Shown: positions 46,301 to 60,394, counted from the stretch's first letter. The stretch is DNA of 64,000 nt from Amphiscolops sp. MND2022 (GCA_964187785.1 OZ076409.1:69132001-69196000); one strand, 5' to 3'. A program made the numbers and translations. Notes: a model not told the origin generated them from the sequence alone.

Positions 46301-48554
46301 CAACCATCAACAAAAGAGACAAATCACCCGAAACTTCGGAACTCGTTACAAGGCGAATAGAACTGGCCAAACCTGGAGCAATGAGGCCGCATTGGAATAA
46401 AAACCTGGACAGCGAATTTTACGTACCCAGACAACCGGAGGAAAACAATAGAAGAGAGATCAAACGGATCGACCTCAAACACAAAAGAAAAGAGAAAGAA
46501 TCACACATTGGCGGCGGTTATTTCAGAGACTTTGGCATCGAAATACCATGAAGAACAAGACAAGACGAAGAAACGCACAGAGACGCCGAATCAACCACCT
46601 CAAACAACTCCGAAGAGGCGATGGCAACACACGAACCTGGAGCCTACCCCGCAATACCGGTACAGGAATACCGCGACGGCCCAATCGAGGAAATAGCAGT
46701 ACACTACGTAAGAATAAATCGCGTAGTGGAAACGAAAGCAAAACGAATTAAACAACAAGAAGATAATGTGAGATCGGCCGAACTAGACTTCATGCTAGAT
46801 TTGGAGACGCTTATCAAAGAGACAACAGCCGAACCGGAACTAATTGAACTGAACTGCTGCCTAGAACACAACAAAACAAAAATGATCCCCAATGACTACA
46901 GAACGGTCGCAAAGAAACTAACCCACCGCTGGGGCATCATCATGGTCGACGACCGAATTGTCATACCGAAATCACTGAGATACGCCGCACTCAACGCCCT
47001 ACACTTTGGACATCCGGACTTCAATAAAATGTGTAGCGACGCAATGATATTCTGGTGGCCGAACATGCGGGAGGACATGCTCAGCCTGCCTAAACGCCGG
47101 TAAGAATTTGAAATGTCAAATACCACAAACCGAAAAAAAATTGAACCACCGAAAATACCGGGCAAAGAAATCCAATTGGAGTTCACGGGCAATCTACACA
47201 ATAGAAAACTATCTTCCACACCGTATATTCTAGTTGCGGTCGACAAAAACAGCCGCTGGCCGGTAACCAAAATTTGCAAAAATACAAACCACGAAACCGT
47301 AATTACATTCCTTAAAGAAGACATAATTATATACGGGGTACCGAAAGAAATAAATTCAGAAAAAGGAGGCGCCTTTATCTCAAAAGAATACAAAGAATTT
47401 TGTAAAGCGCAAAATATCAAATACATTTACGGTACCGCCAACCTACATACTGGCACCGGATTGGTCGAACGCACCATCCAATCACTGGAGAATCTGATCC
47501 TAACTAATCTGGAAGACGGACTAAACCTCCGCGAAAGTATAAATAGAGCACTATACGTCTTGAGATTCACCAAACATTCCGAAACCAAGAAGACACCGTT
47601 CGAAATACAGTTAGGACGGGCCCCAGAACCAGATTAACTAATCTAAAAAACGCTGTTTCAGTGGACTCAAAAGACCTCTCAGTATACATCACCCGAAACA
47701 CAGCCGGAGAGATCACCGACCACTTAGTCATGTCTAAGAAGAAGACGGTGGAGCCGAAATTCAGACGGAAAATGACCTTCTCCCAAACCAAAAAAACTAC
47801 GATCAATACGGTAAGTACAAACAAATTCAACTACTCATTCACATTTTATGAAAACAAAACAACAAGAAGAACTCCCTAGTAGCAAATTCAAAAATAGAAT
47901 CCCAACAGTTGTATCGGGAACGAAACATACCGTGACCACCGACAAGAATTAAATAATACACCGTAAACTGATTTCTAACCGCTATCGCTACTCTGTCAGC
48001 AAACAACAACGGTACCAACCAAACGAATAAATACATGCCAAAGTACCGCTGACCAGCCAACCTGCTCCAAAACCCTGAACAAACCGGAAACCAACGGCAC
48101 ACCCTGCATCTACAGCCGGAAAGAGGCGCCCAAACCCTCAAACCAAGAAAGAAACGAGGACTGGATAAAAAGAAAAGATCAGCCAAGAAGCAACTGGGGA
48201 CAATTTACATCCCCTACGAAGAACACCGACAAGGAAACGGATATGAACCTGAGTATCATATCAGACGACGACGACGACTTCGAGTGCTATAACAAATCCG
48301 AAGGAAAGCCGGTCCACACAAACAAAGACAACGAATTACAACTCCTTCCTAAAGAAAACAATTTGACCCCAGAACAAGGTACTAATATTGAAAAACCAAA
48401 ATCACTAGAACCAATAAGAAAATCCAAAAGGCTCCCATTCGCTAGACAAACCGAAAAACTAGGCGGAGTATCGTACCAAACAAACAAAAATAAAAAGAGA
48501 ACTGTTAATAACCGTAATGTATTACAGGAAAAGACGACGACAACAACGGACTAA
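43301..48554 (+). pseudogene. gag-pol polyprotein of element 3 (many stops and frameshifts)
   Basis: CNNCHKIGHFARVC, SIDTGS, DLDYAYGQ, FTDAS, HFGH..WWP and LVER fragments in collinear order. Confidence 0.92.
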
Positions 48555-48665
48555 AGTGAGAAGAATGACCGTACAATGCGGGAGAACAATGAAGAAATCC
48601 GTACAATACGGCACAGTGGACTGAACAAACAAACTTTTACCGGGTCACTCCGGAGGGGGGGGGGA

Positions 48666-48904
48666 TGTGACATGCCATCATCATGACCTCTACCATAGAT
48701 TTAGTACATACCGTAACATACGGGCTTAGACAGAGAGACTCGGTTGTTTACCAACAAAACTATATTTGCTGTCACTTTATGTTACCATAATTTGATACCA
48801 TTATGTTGTTTAGTATAGAGAGAGATACCTTGATATTGAAAGAGATTTGAGTTGAAGTCTCAAAACAAAACCTTGTGTTAACCGTAGAATATCAGATTAC
48901 AACA
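48666..48904 (+). repeat. 3' LTR of element 3
   Basis: Direct repeat of 43003-43237. Confidence 0.93.
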
Positions 48905-48978
48905 ACGGTGACCATGTTTCAGGATATAAACATAAAATATTCCATTATGTCTCACAGTCTGATAAGTCATGCATTAAG

Positions 48979-51900
48979 TGTCACAGTCCGCGCCCGGACT
49001 GGATTGAATTAAAAGCAAACTAAAACTAATATAGGTCACCGCTTCGCCAATACGATTGAATTTGCGTCGCGACTACGCTACGTCACAGCTATGGCAGCTA
49101 GCTAGAATTTCATTCCAAAATGTGACGTCTGCATGTCGTCTAACTTGGCAGCTAGTCAGAAATTCATTCCAAAATGTGACGTCAGCATCTCGTCTAACTT
49201 GGCAACTAGCTAGAAAGTATTCCAAATCAGACGACGATATGACGTCACAGCTATGGCAGCTAGCTAATTTTCATTCCAAATTTACGTCCACTATATCGGC
49301 TGACTAAGTGTAATACCAAATTTACGTCCACTCTACGTCCCAATTTTATAAAATTAGGCGTTTTAGTCTGTATTAAATTTAAAAGAAGCTTTATTTTACT
49401 ACGGTAAAACTAATCAAAGCTAGAATATGAATCAACGTCAACACTACGTCGCAATTTAACTAACCAAACCAAATTTTGAATCTACGTCAGTATTGACGTC
49501 GCAAATGATCAGGGTTATAACAGCCCATAGACAAAGACGACGCAGGATTGACGTCGCAAATGACCGGTTTATAACAGCCCATATACAAAGGCGACGCAAG
49601 ATTGACGTCGCAAATGACCGGGTTATAACAGCCCATAGACAAAGACGACGCAGGATTGACGTCGCAAATGACCGGTTATAACAACCCATATACAAAGACG
49701 ACGCAGTATTGACGTCGCAAATGATCAGGGTTATAACAGCCCAGTACTGATACGACGTCATTATGACGTCAACAGTGACCGCAAAAAAATGAAGTTGGCT
49801 TATCGTTAACAAAATTGACGTCATCAAAACGGTGACAAAACCTAAAGTTGGCTAATTACCAACGAAATTGACGTCGGCATAACGTCGACACAAAGGTTAT
49901 CAGGGTTAAGAATTAATCCTATAATCTATAATGACGTCATCAAAACGGTGACAAACTCAAAAGTTAGCTATGCTAACGAATTTGACGTCAGCAAAACGTT
50001 GACAACTTTGGTCAAACGAATTAATTTAATTCGAGGCCAATAAAAACGTGACGTTGGCAAAACGTCAACAATTGGGACTATAAAGGAATTAAAAGACAGC
50101 TTCTACCACCTCCCAAAAAGTGCTATACGGAACTACAGAGTGGTACCGGAAATGTCACATTCCTCTGGGAAAGCGTACAACCAAAACAATCCTCTCTTCA
50201 GTTTCGACAACCCCACGAGATATCTTCGTCCCATGAGAGTGGCCCTGTCACAGTCCGCGCCCGGCCTGGATTGTGGTTGCCAAGAGGCGCAGTTTGGACG
50301 TGATCATGGATGCATTATGAAAACAGTTAGACTATCTTATTAAACTGAAATAAACTGTGACAAGTTAAAACCATCAAAATCTAAATTATGAATGATTTCA
50401 GAACCTAAAAACATTCCGAGATAATTTCACACATTTCCGGACATGCGTAGTGATGACAGTAGAATTTTAATCATTTTCCTGCAAAATACAACCGAGACAT
50501 ATCATTGGAATTACTTGTCGCAAAAAGAACGAAACTACGTCAAAATGTAGGACTAAAGAAAACAAAAACAATTTGATAACCAATTAATTGACGGTACAAA
50601 ACTTCCCTAACAACATCTCTTTCATTTTATCAAGCCCCCGAGAACCATTCGTCCTATGAGAGTGGCCCTGTCACAGTCCGCGCCCGGACTGGATTGAATT
50701 AAAAGCAAACTAAAACTAATATAGGTCACCGCTTCGCCAATACGATTGAATTTGCGTCGCGACTACGCTACGTCACAGCTATGGCAGCTAGCTAGAATTT
50801 CATTCCAAAATGTGACGTCTGCATGTCGTCTAACTTGGCAGCTAGTCAGAAATTCATTCCAAAATGTGACGTCAGCATCTCGTCTAACTTGGCAACTAGC
50901 TAGAAAGTATTCCAAATCAGACGACGATATGACGTCACAGCTATGGCAGCTAGCTAATTTTCATTCCAAATTTACGTCCACTATATCGGCGGACTAAGTG
51001 TAATACCAAATTTACGTCCACTCTACGTCCCAATTTTATAAAATTAGGCGTTTTAGTCTGTATTAAATTTAAAAGAAGCTTTATTTTACTACGGTAAAAC
51101 TAATCAAAGCTAGAATATGAATCAACGTCAACACTACGTCGCAATTTAACTAACCAAACCAAATTTTGAATCTACGTCAGTATTGCGTCGACTAAGATTC
51201 AATTCGAACGGAACCTGGTATTTAAGCCAGGATTTTTCAGATTTACTTGAAATAACAGTGTTTGAATACGATTTACATCGAAAAGTCACAGTTTATATTC
51301 AATTTGTGTTAATAAAGTGAAGTCCAAGCTGGATTTTAAATGTACGTTTTGACTACCTAATTTCATAAGTTCATATGCTGTTTGACGATGTCACGTCGTC
51401 TTTTATTGTTGCTCAAAGGTGTTGCTCCTAACTTTAATCAGATAAATATTTATCAATTGTTGAAATATATAATTGTTTAGCCTCATGTAAGTCAGTCACT
51501 CTCTTAGCATCACCAAATTGCCTAAATCAAGATAATTAGTCATAATTTTCTTCAAGTGGAAATTCAAAATCAGGTATTAGTTGTTCACGTCAGCGTCATC
51601 TCCGCGTCGGTTTCTTACGAACCAAAGCAGAAAAACGGGGAAGTATTTCCGGTTTGACAGACTGAAGTAATATCTACTTCCTGCTTGGGAGGAAACAAAA
51701 GGACGCCGGAATGAAATGATATGATCATGATTGATGTCTAATACTAGATTAGAATTGCCGTGTCTTAAAAATTGACGATATGCTGACGAAGATCAAAGTT
51801 TTGCCGCAAAATTACAGGAAGTGACTAATATCTCGATGGAAATTAAAGTACGCGAGTATGAACAGATGATGCTAGGAGGGTATATATAGCTTGTACCTGT

Positions 51901-52112
51901 AAACTTATTCATTCAATTTCTGATTCAATCTGCTGTCTTGTATCAAATTCTACTTTGTTTTGTTAAAACAATTACTCTGCAAACTTCAATTCAAAATTGA
52001 TAAATCCGAAAATCTTTTCATCAAGAGAAGCTAGAAAAGAAGAATGTCCTTCAAAAAGCAACAAAAATGATCAAAAATGTACAGAACAACGACCCTAACA
52101 GGAGTCATAACA
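48979..52112 (+). mobile_element. Non-coding LTR-retroelement derivative (giant solo-LTR or deleted two-LTR composite)
   Basis: TG...CA termini with perfect 5-bp TSD TTAAG (48974-48978 and 52113-52117). 517-bp direct repeat 48979-49495 / 50669-51185 with 1 mismatch. Confidence 0.7.
49492..49743 (+). repeat. About 54-bp tandem repeat (ATTGACGTCGCAAATGA..GGTTATAACAGCCCAT..) x about 4.5
   Basis: Units start at about 49492, 49547, 49601, 49655 and 49708. Confidence 0.9.
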
Positions 52113-53469
52113 TTAAGTAAGATCATAGTTCGAGAAAGCATGAAATCGAGAATGAAAAATCAGACGTCGGACATGGCACCCTCCTGTTAACAAAGTTCAC
52201 GAACTACTTGCCGAGTCCTCATGCTAAATTTTCAGGGAGGCGCTCAGCTCGTGATACACATAGTACCCCACTTGACGAGACCCATGACAAATGTGAAGTA
52301 AGGTCTCGAAGCATGTGAAGAAATGAAAGCATGTAGAAAAGAAAACTAACCAATTGAAAATTTTCATAAAAGCCCCCAAAAAGACTGAATATAATCGAAA
52401 AGTTGAACACTGTTTGACTTGATAGAGAAATTAGGACTGAACATTGTTTTTTTGTCATAACCGAGTATGGTCTTCTGCAACAGTTGAATACGAAGGCTTT
52501 TCGACAATTGGATTGAAATAAGGAGTGTTTATATCCAATTAAAAGTGTCAGCAAGTAATTTCTTACTGATTAGCAAATGGCGAAAACGTCAGTGAATAAA
52601 AATCGACACCAAGTTTCTTGACCGTCAAGTTTTGAAAAACTGAGATGCTGGCAATTATTAGTAAACGATTTGTGAACCATTGATCACAAGATCAAATGTT
52701 CAAATGAGACTGTTGTTTTGCAGTTTGTATGCGTTTTCAGTGAAAGTCGTTAATTTTTCCTGAGTTTAGCTATTGAATGTAAAGAAACCGTTACTTCACT
52801 CTGGTTTTAGCGCTCAACCTGGAAACTGAGATATAGAAAAAAGGGTCGCCAAAAATTCGTTGCCAGAAATTTCGTCGTCAGTAATTACGTTCAAGAAAAC
52901 GTCGCATTTTATCTCACCTATTAGGAAAAACGTCTATTATTATTGAGTCCACTTACTAATTATCGTTAATTGTACAATTATCATTGACTACTTTTCGTTA
53001 TTGTTTGAGGGAAAAGTTTCGGACCATGTCCTTGTCCCCCCGATACACCTTGTTTCATATACCCCCCAGCACGAAAACAACTTTTATGCATGATAAAACG
53101 TCGTGGGCGAATGAAAAAAATTGATATGACTATAAATATTTATGTCATTTTTGTGAGTTTTTTCATGAAAAAGTCTGGAGCATACTTCTGAAACTTTGAC
53201 GTTTTCGAGCCTTAAGTATGGCGCCGACTTTAGACGTTCCCGTCCTGTTTATGGTTGATCTAGTATGGCGTGAATCTTCGGCAAAATTTTTTCGTGTTTT
53301 ACTTTTTCCTTGGGGTGAAATGATTATGGGGTGAAATGAACGCACACCAGTAAAATAGTTCAGGACTGAAATTATACCGTTGCTCAATAAGCGTCTTGAG
53401 TTGATTGAATGCAATAAACTTTTTTGACTTAGGTTTAGTGTCACAATGAAACTTGTTAAGATCTCATAC

Positions 53470-54250
53470 TATTATTTTCCTCACAAATTTCATATGGGAA
53501 AGAAAAATATTTAAATCAAACGGTTTTTTTACATAATTTGTCAAGCACCAAATTTATATTTGACTTTAAGAGTGTTACCCATACAATTCAACTCAAATAA
53601 ATTTAGCTTCGTGCAATTTGTATTTGTGGAGATTTCTGGACTTTTTAGTTGACCCCAAGGACCCACAGAATGACCCAGAAACGACAAAAACCAAAAATTT
53701 CCCGGTTTTGGACGTTTTTATGCATATTTTGTAAACTTTTTGATAGACATCGTGGCTTAGAATCTTGAAATACTTCAACATAGCACTAATTCGTTGTACA
53801 GTAGGCTTTTCCGAAGAGATAATTGTTGTTTTCCAAACAAACAAAAATCTAAACTTCGCACCGAAAACAACAAAAATCCAAAAAGTTTCTATGTTTCTAA
53901 CTTTTTACGCATTTTCGTCAAATTTTTGAAAGACTTCGTGGATTGGAATAGACTTCGTGGATTGGAATGTTTTAAAAGGGCAACAATGAACATGTTGGTT
54001 GTCCAGTAGTCTTTTATGAAGAGATAATTGCAATATTTTGAATGAAAAAGTATCAAATTGACACCAAAAAAGACAAAAATCTCAAAACTTTCCAATTTTC
54101 AAAGATTCTATGCATTTTTTCCCAATTTCCGACAGACTTCGTCAATTGGAACGTTGAAAAGGGTCACCAAGGACAAAATGTGTTGTCCAGTATGCTTAGA
54201 AAAGTGATAAGGGCAGTTTTTCAAACCAAAGTTGTCCGGAATTGACATTG
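53470..54250 (-). repeat. Inverted copy of the 8500-9400 repeat family
   Basis: CATATGGGAAAG..AATATTTAAATCAAACGG and GTTGTCCAGTA are reverse complements of motifs at 9350-9390 and 8505. Confidence 0.7.
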
Positions 54251-56248
54251 AAAATGACAAACGTTTCGAATTTCATCATTTTTGTTTAATTATCGTCAAA
54301 ATACCTTTGAGATTCATGGACTTGGATGTTGAAACTCCTAAGGCAAACTGGGCGAATTTGCCGTTTCGATGAGCTTTCGTCTCGAGGTAAGTTCAATTTG
54401 CAAATGAAAAATGCCTCAATTTGACCCTGAATATACGGAACAGTTTGAAGTTTTTGTCGTTTTTGATGCATTTTCTGTACAATTTTTGAGAGATTATGTT
54501 CTTAGCTCCAACACAATCAACTCAACAACGAGAGAAAGAGCCAAGCTTTACATTTTTGGAGAGAAAGTTGCATCGTTTTGCTTCAAAGACATTTCAGAAT
54601 GACTCCAAGAGGGTCGAAAAATTTGAACGTCTTTGTTTTTGTACATCTTGTGTACTTTCTGAATCATTTTGGAGACAACACGGACTGAACTCATTATACA
54701 GTAGGCCTTTGAAGGAATAATTGCAGACTTCGGTTGGAGATTGACTCAAAAGTGACTGGCAAAAATCGAAAACATCAAATTTTTTGTCGATTTCTGACCA
54801 TTTTCAGTGAATTTTTATATGAGATTAGAAAATTTCAGTCAAGTGAAAGCTTCGAAAAGCTCCAGATGATGATCCTAGGTCCGAAGCACGTTTTTCAAAA
54901 CTTGCCTAATTTATGGTGCAAAGTTTGCTCAGGTTGACCCAAATATTGGAAAAACTGATAGTTTTTTAAAAACTTCCTTAGGACATTTTGTGTACATTTT
55001 TTGATGACAAACAATAACTAAACCGGGTATCTTCAGTGGGCATTTTTGAGGAGACAGCTGCATTGTTTTGTTGGCATTGGCCACAAAAACACCCAAAAAT
55101 CAATGAAACTTTAAAAAAGCACGTTGTTTGACAAACGAATCCCAATTTTTGTTCAAACCACGAACGTTTTTGAAGAATAGAACTTCCAATAACCTGAGCG
55201 TTGAAACAATAAGGTATTCAAAACGCAATAGGGGAAAAGCGAATGAAGATCATCGAGTTTACAACAAAAGTGTCAAAGTTTCCGAATTGTCTTTATTTGC
55301 GACAACATAGTTCCGATTTTGGAACCTTCCCGAAACATTACTTCACTCAGAAACACCACAGGCTCAGGATTGAAACGTGTAGCTAGCAATAGTGTTTCGA
55401 AAGGATAACAGAGAAGTTAATTTGCACAACGTTCAAAAACTTTACTTAGCAAAACGTAACTTTCGACCACCTCGTTTGTCCAATAGTTAATTTTCAAAAA
55501 CCTCCAAGCAAAATTACTAGATATGGAATACACTTTCCAGAGGGAAATGTTTCGAGCGACGAAATTTCCGCCTCCCAGAAAAAGCGTTTTTTGAGGGAGG
55601 TAACGATCTTTTTATACAAGTGTCATTATAATTTTTTTCGGTTATCATTGTAACAAAATTGATATTTGTTTGTAAATTTACGGCCTGTTTTTTCAAATCT
55701 GACGAACCATAAACTGAAGTTAGGATGTCAATGGTTTGAAACGACAATAACTTTTATCCATCTCTTTGTTTTTCTCGAGTAATGGTTAGCAAAAGAAGCA
55801 TTATCTAGAGGTGGAAAATTACTTAGCAAGCCTAGACCGGAGACCTATGCACTACGAAAATCCAAAAATGGTTGACTTGAGGTACTTAGTTTTTTTCATG
55901 AATACTCTTAATTTCAGAGCTCCGTGGCGACGTGCTGGCACATTTACTGTCCAGAAACCTTCTCCCGTGCATGTAAGAAGTCCCCAACGTCCCTGAATAA
56001 TACTTCCTAAGTTTGAAAGCTGAAATTAGCAAAATCCAATAATTTAGACTGAAGCTCCAAGTTAACGTGGATCTTCAAAATAAGGTCAAACTGTTGGCTT
56101 TCTCGTTTCTTTCCGATTCCAGGTGAGAATATTCATCCAATCATGTCATCCATTGATACAAAACACCAGGGCAAAAATCAAAATTTTCCATATAAAATAG
56201 TGTTGAATCTTCATTTTTCTTGACGTCTGTTGTATTTTGTTATTTTGT

Positions 56249-58434
56249 GGTTACATGTCAAAATCTCCTAAGTCAAAATCTCCTAAGTTAAAATCTCCTA
56301 AGTTAAAATCTCCTAAGTTAAAATCTCCTAGACCTAAATCTCCTAGGTCAAAATCTCCTAAAATTAGAATAAAAGAAACTCATCGAAAGACAACTCGCCA
56401 ACTTAATTGAAGCGGAAAGCTGTTCGATTAAGAACAAAGGCTAACCTCGTTATATGTGGAGCGTGAGAATAATAGGCATCCCAATAAAACTGAACGCGTA
56501 TTGAAACATTGATTTACCGTTAGCAATAATATTTGACAACATGTCTGAGATTCACTTTCAAATTTAAAAGGTCACACTGTCAATCATCAAAACAATATTA
56601 TATCGAACTTGCTCAATTCCAATAATTTGCATTGCCGAACTGTCAACCATCACAATAGATCTCAATGACCGCAATTGAGTTAGAAACCTCAATGTGTCAA
56701 AGTACAGATTCTTTTCAGGTCAAATGCAGCCAAAACCTTAAAGTACCAAACAAAGTGTTTACTGTTTGTCGTTCGATTTTAAAAATTTTCAGACATATAC
56801 CTGTCGAAAGTGTGAACCTTTCTTAGCTTCATTTCTTCCTTCAGATGCTGCGTAGCATCTCAAAAAAGAAATACCTTAAGTGCAAACTTTCAATGTTTCT
56901 GACGATGGCTAAACGGCGTATTTGCTAAAAGGGAGCCAACCTTTAGTCCGAACTTGGCTTCTCGTCACAAGTGTTAACGCACTGAGATTAAATTGCCTTG
57001 TTAGTCACGTAAATACACTTAGACTGTTCCAGGAGGCTGCAAGGAACGTCAGATCAGAGACATTAAAAGTTGAATTGTCAATTTTTGCATGAAAATAAAT
57101 GCACAAAAAAATTTTTATTGTAAATGCGCCATTGCCCTCAGAAAAATCACTTTATCGTCGGAGTTGTAGTTTGAGCAAAGTCGGTATCTTTTTCTTGTTG
57201 GATTTTCTGCTCCAGCCAGTCCTTGTAGGGTGTTGAACTTGTGTACTAAGGAGTCTTTTTTAATCTGGCGCAGAAAGGTCCACAAATTGGGATGAGTTCC
57301 TTGAAACAGCGATTGCAAGCCAAAATGCCAGCCTTCAGTAGCATTGTTTGTTCGTGCCAAACCTTCTAGGGCTGACGTCGATTGATTCCATATTGAAGGG
57401 GGGAAACTTGGAGGGCGATAAACATTTCCAATTTTATGGCCGATGTACGTTTTTTGGAAGTAGCCGGCAACAGCATCAATTTTTTCTGTCAAGTCATCGC
57501 TGAGAGATAATTTTTCCACTTCAGCTATGACTTCTTCCACGGCAAGGTCGAAACCTTCCTCTTCTTCGTTAGTTGGAAGGAATGAACGCGCGGGAATCAT
57601 GCGGAGGCTCAGAGCAAGCTCTGCATGTTGTTCATAAATTGATTTCAAACCCACTGAATTTATTTTCCTCATAAATGACTGGCAAAGATGAAAAAAGCAG
57701 CCCGATAAGTTGGATGCTGGAAATTGTTTCTGGAATGCGTTCATTGCTGCCTTTTCGAAATCAAGCAATATTCTACTGGGTTGCGCCCGAGGTATTAGGA
57801 TTTTTATTGCAGCTAGCATCCGGTCATATGTTCTCTCTGTTTTGTTTGGGAGAAGAATATATACACAGGGTGGATTATATCCATTGACTGTAATATGGAT
57901 AGTAAAAAGTTGGAAAAAAATCAAATCACCGCAAGTGATGACTGTCGATTGGCATTTGAACTGCCTGTTGTAGCGGCAAATCTAATGGATGGTTGTTTTT
58001 GTTTGTTGTTTCTTAGTAAATTCGTACCCATTGTAGATCAGGGTATCTTTACTTTTGTTGGAGCGACCGATTTCAAAATTCATTTTGCACACAAATGTTT
58101 ATGGAAATAGCAAGATTGCTGGTAATTTCGGTATTTTCACACCTTTTGGTGAATCCAGTCGACCATCTTTAATTGACAATTACGTTTTCGTCACGTTACT
58201 TTAATCGCGTAAATGAAAACGGTGTGGTGGTCGTTTTAATTACCTTCAGTCATTTGTCAATTATGTAATAGTCTTTCAATGACTGTCTCAGCTATTAATG
58301 CTTAATCAAAGTTACTTTCACACTATGAAATTCAATTTAGGAGATTATGACCTAGGAGATTTAGGTCTAGGAGATTTTAGCTTAGGAGATTTAGGTCTAG
58401 GAGATTTTAACTCAGGAGATTTCGACCTGATACC
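56249..58434 (-). mobile_element. Mutator-superfamily (Phantom/Foldback-type) DNA transposon, internally deleted
   Basis: TIRs built of 15-bp tandem units AAAATCTCCTAAGTT (about 56257-56362 and inverted 58336-58427). GG...CC ends. Imperfect 8-9-bp flanking duplication GTTATTTTG/GTAATTTTG. MULE transposase remnant inside. Confidence 0.85.
57115..58083 (-). pseudogene. FLYWCH + MULE transposase remnant
   Basis: MNFEIGRSNKSKDTLIYNGYEF...H*IC....C (FLYWCH-like, TAG at 57984) in frame with FFQLFTIH...LLDFEKAAMNAF...GCFFHLCQ...RTNNATEGWH. The first catalytic Asp (DGTF) region is missing. Confidence 0.85.
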
Positions 58435-59927
58435 GTAATTTTGGTTTTGAAAATTTTATATGGTCACCAAGTTGGTTGACGTTACATCGGGAGTAACTTT
58501 TCGATGCAGTTCTGACAAGACTATGATGAATTCTAGTTTGTTTCCACTTGAAGAGTGTATCTTGGAAAAATCCTCAAGAAATGGTTACCTTCCAAGAATC
58601 TTGCACGATGTACGTTTTCTGACAAAAAATCCAGCGAGTTTAGCACGATACTTGAAGCTTTGCGTTTTTTGGTCATTTAGGCCATCCGTGTAATCAAATT
58701 AAACCATTTTTTTAAAAAACATGTAAATTATGAAAATTAACGCTAGGTGAAAGATAAAATTTTCATGTTTCTATTGAAGTTAATACAGCTTCTCAAGTCG
58801 CTGGATTTTTCAGGTATAGTTGAATTCAAAAATGTCAGTTTCTCAAATAAATCAACACATTTTGTGTTTCTTTCAGATGCATCATGTGAAATTTCGATGT
58901 ACCCAATTATCAATCTGACGATTTCAAATTTCTTCCATTTGTTTCTTTTCGCTTCCTCAGAAATCCCATTAGCAACTTCAGCACAAGATTACCTTCTAAT
59001 CCTCTGCGCAAATTAATTCGTCCTACTTCCAGTCAACCAGTTAGAACTGAGCTTTGTTCCATAGAGCCGTTCTGACATCCTCAGAATGGGGAGGATTCTC
59101 TGCAGACTGCTGCATTTGTGTGGGCATGCCTGCACATACATGCACATCTATGCCATAGCCCTAGGTGATCGATGCAACTAGGGAGAGATTAGCGACGGGC
59201 GGATTTATCGTGATACCATTTTTGGCGGGAGAATTGTTTATATTGACGTTGATTGACAACTGCGATTGACACTCTAACATGTATTAATCATTTCACACAT
59301 CAATTTTATCCGCTCTCATTTCTGACAACATCCCTCTCGTTAGCACTTCCTCTATTGCGTCATCTCATCGTCATCCGCTCTTCTTCCGCTGAACCTTTTT
59401 TCACTGTCTATAATCTCGTACTAATAGCTCCGGGTGTGTGTATACATATGCTCAAATGCGTTTATAACGACTTTTTCTACTGTTCATAATGAATCATCAT
59501 TAAATTACGCCACTATAACTACTAGTAACTAGACACCCATCTATTTTTAACACTTGAACTAGTTTGGAGAAAAGTGAACAGCCTATTGCAGCGAAATATT
59601 CACACCTGTAAAACATTCATCATTATCGAGTTGAAGTTGACAAGAATATTTCAGAGAAAAACACCTTTTGTTCGAAGTCTAGGGTTGAATGGTCACAAAA
59701 GTCCCACCTTTTTCAATAGAAAAAGAAGTCAATAACTTGAGGTTCACCGCCAGTTGATCACTCAGAATTTTAGTAATACAATTTGTTATGTAGCCAGATA
59801 TGGGATGTGTTGAAATGTGTTATCAATTGAGTTTTCTCAAGTTGAGTTTTCTATTTTTTACTATGTGTTAGGTTTTCTGTGTTGAGTTTTCTTGTGTTGA
59901 GTTCGCATGTGTTGAGTTTTACGTTTG

Positions 59928-60394
59928 CTAAGGCTCAAAAATTGCAAAAGGACTTGAAAGAGTCAAAGTATTCTTTTCATCAACACCCAATTTAAAAAAT
60001 TTTAAAGTCGAAATTTTAAATTAGAGTCGTTTTAATGCCGAAAAAAAAATTAAAAATGCGGGCCCTTTGGGATTTTCAAAATTCATTCTGTCGCAAAATT
60101 TCAAAAAGAAATTGAAGGAGGACCCTTTGTGGAAAAAATTTTTTCCCAAAAAAAGTCTCGCGATGCCGAAACAAAACTGAAATGCGGGACCCTTTGGTTT
60201 CCTCCGGTATTGTATGTTACGCGGGAAACCTTTTTGGTTCAGTTCCCTGAGCCAACAGGGGCAATTTAAAGTTTTGTAGAAACTTGTAGACTATTTTGGT
60301 CACTTCAGGTTTATCGAATTTTTTTTAAAAAAAAACACCAACAAAAACCCATGACTATAGTTGGATCTGTTCAAGAAAAGCGCCGACTAAAAAA
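59928..60394 (-). mobile_element. HINE family copy
   Basis: CTAAGGCTCAAAAA ... GGGACC ... AAGCGCCGACTAAAAAA. Confidence 0.7.

Larger units (their letters stand above)
43003..48904 (+). mobile_element. Ty3/Gypsy (Mag-like) LTR retrotransposon, element 3, older and more decayed
   Basis: LTRs 43003-43237 and 48666-48904 (about 6 substitutions plus indels near the start). Imperfect TSD ACGGC/ACGGT. PBS TGGCGCAGT at 43238. G-run PPT at 48652-48665. Confidence 0.95.

Noticed and set aside
49056..49307. Duplicated 83-aa ORF (also 50746-50997)
   Set aside because: TTG-started translation of a tandem repeat inside the 517-bp duplication; no coding signature.
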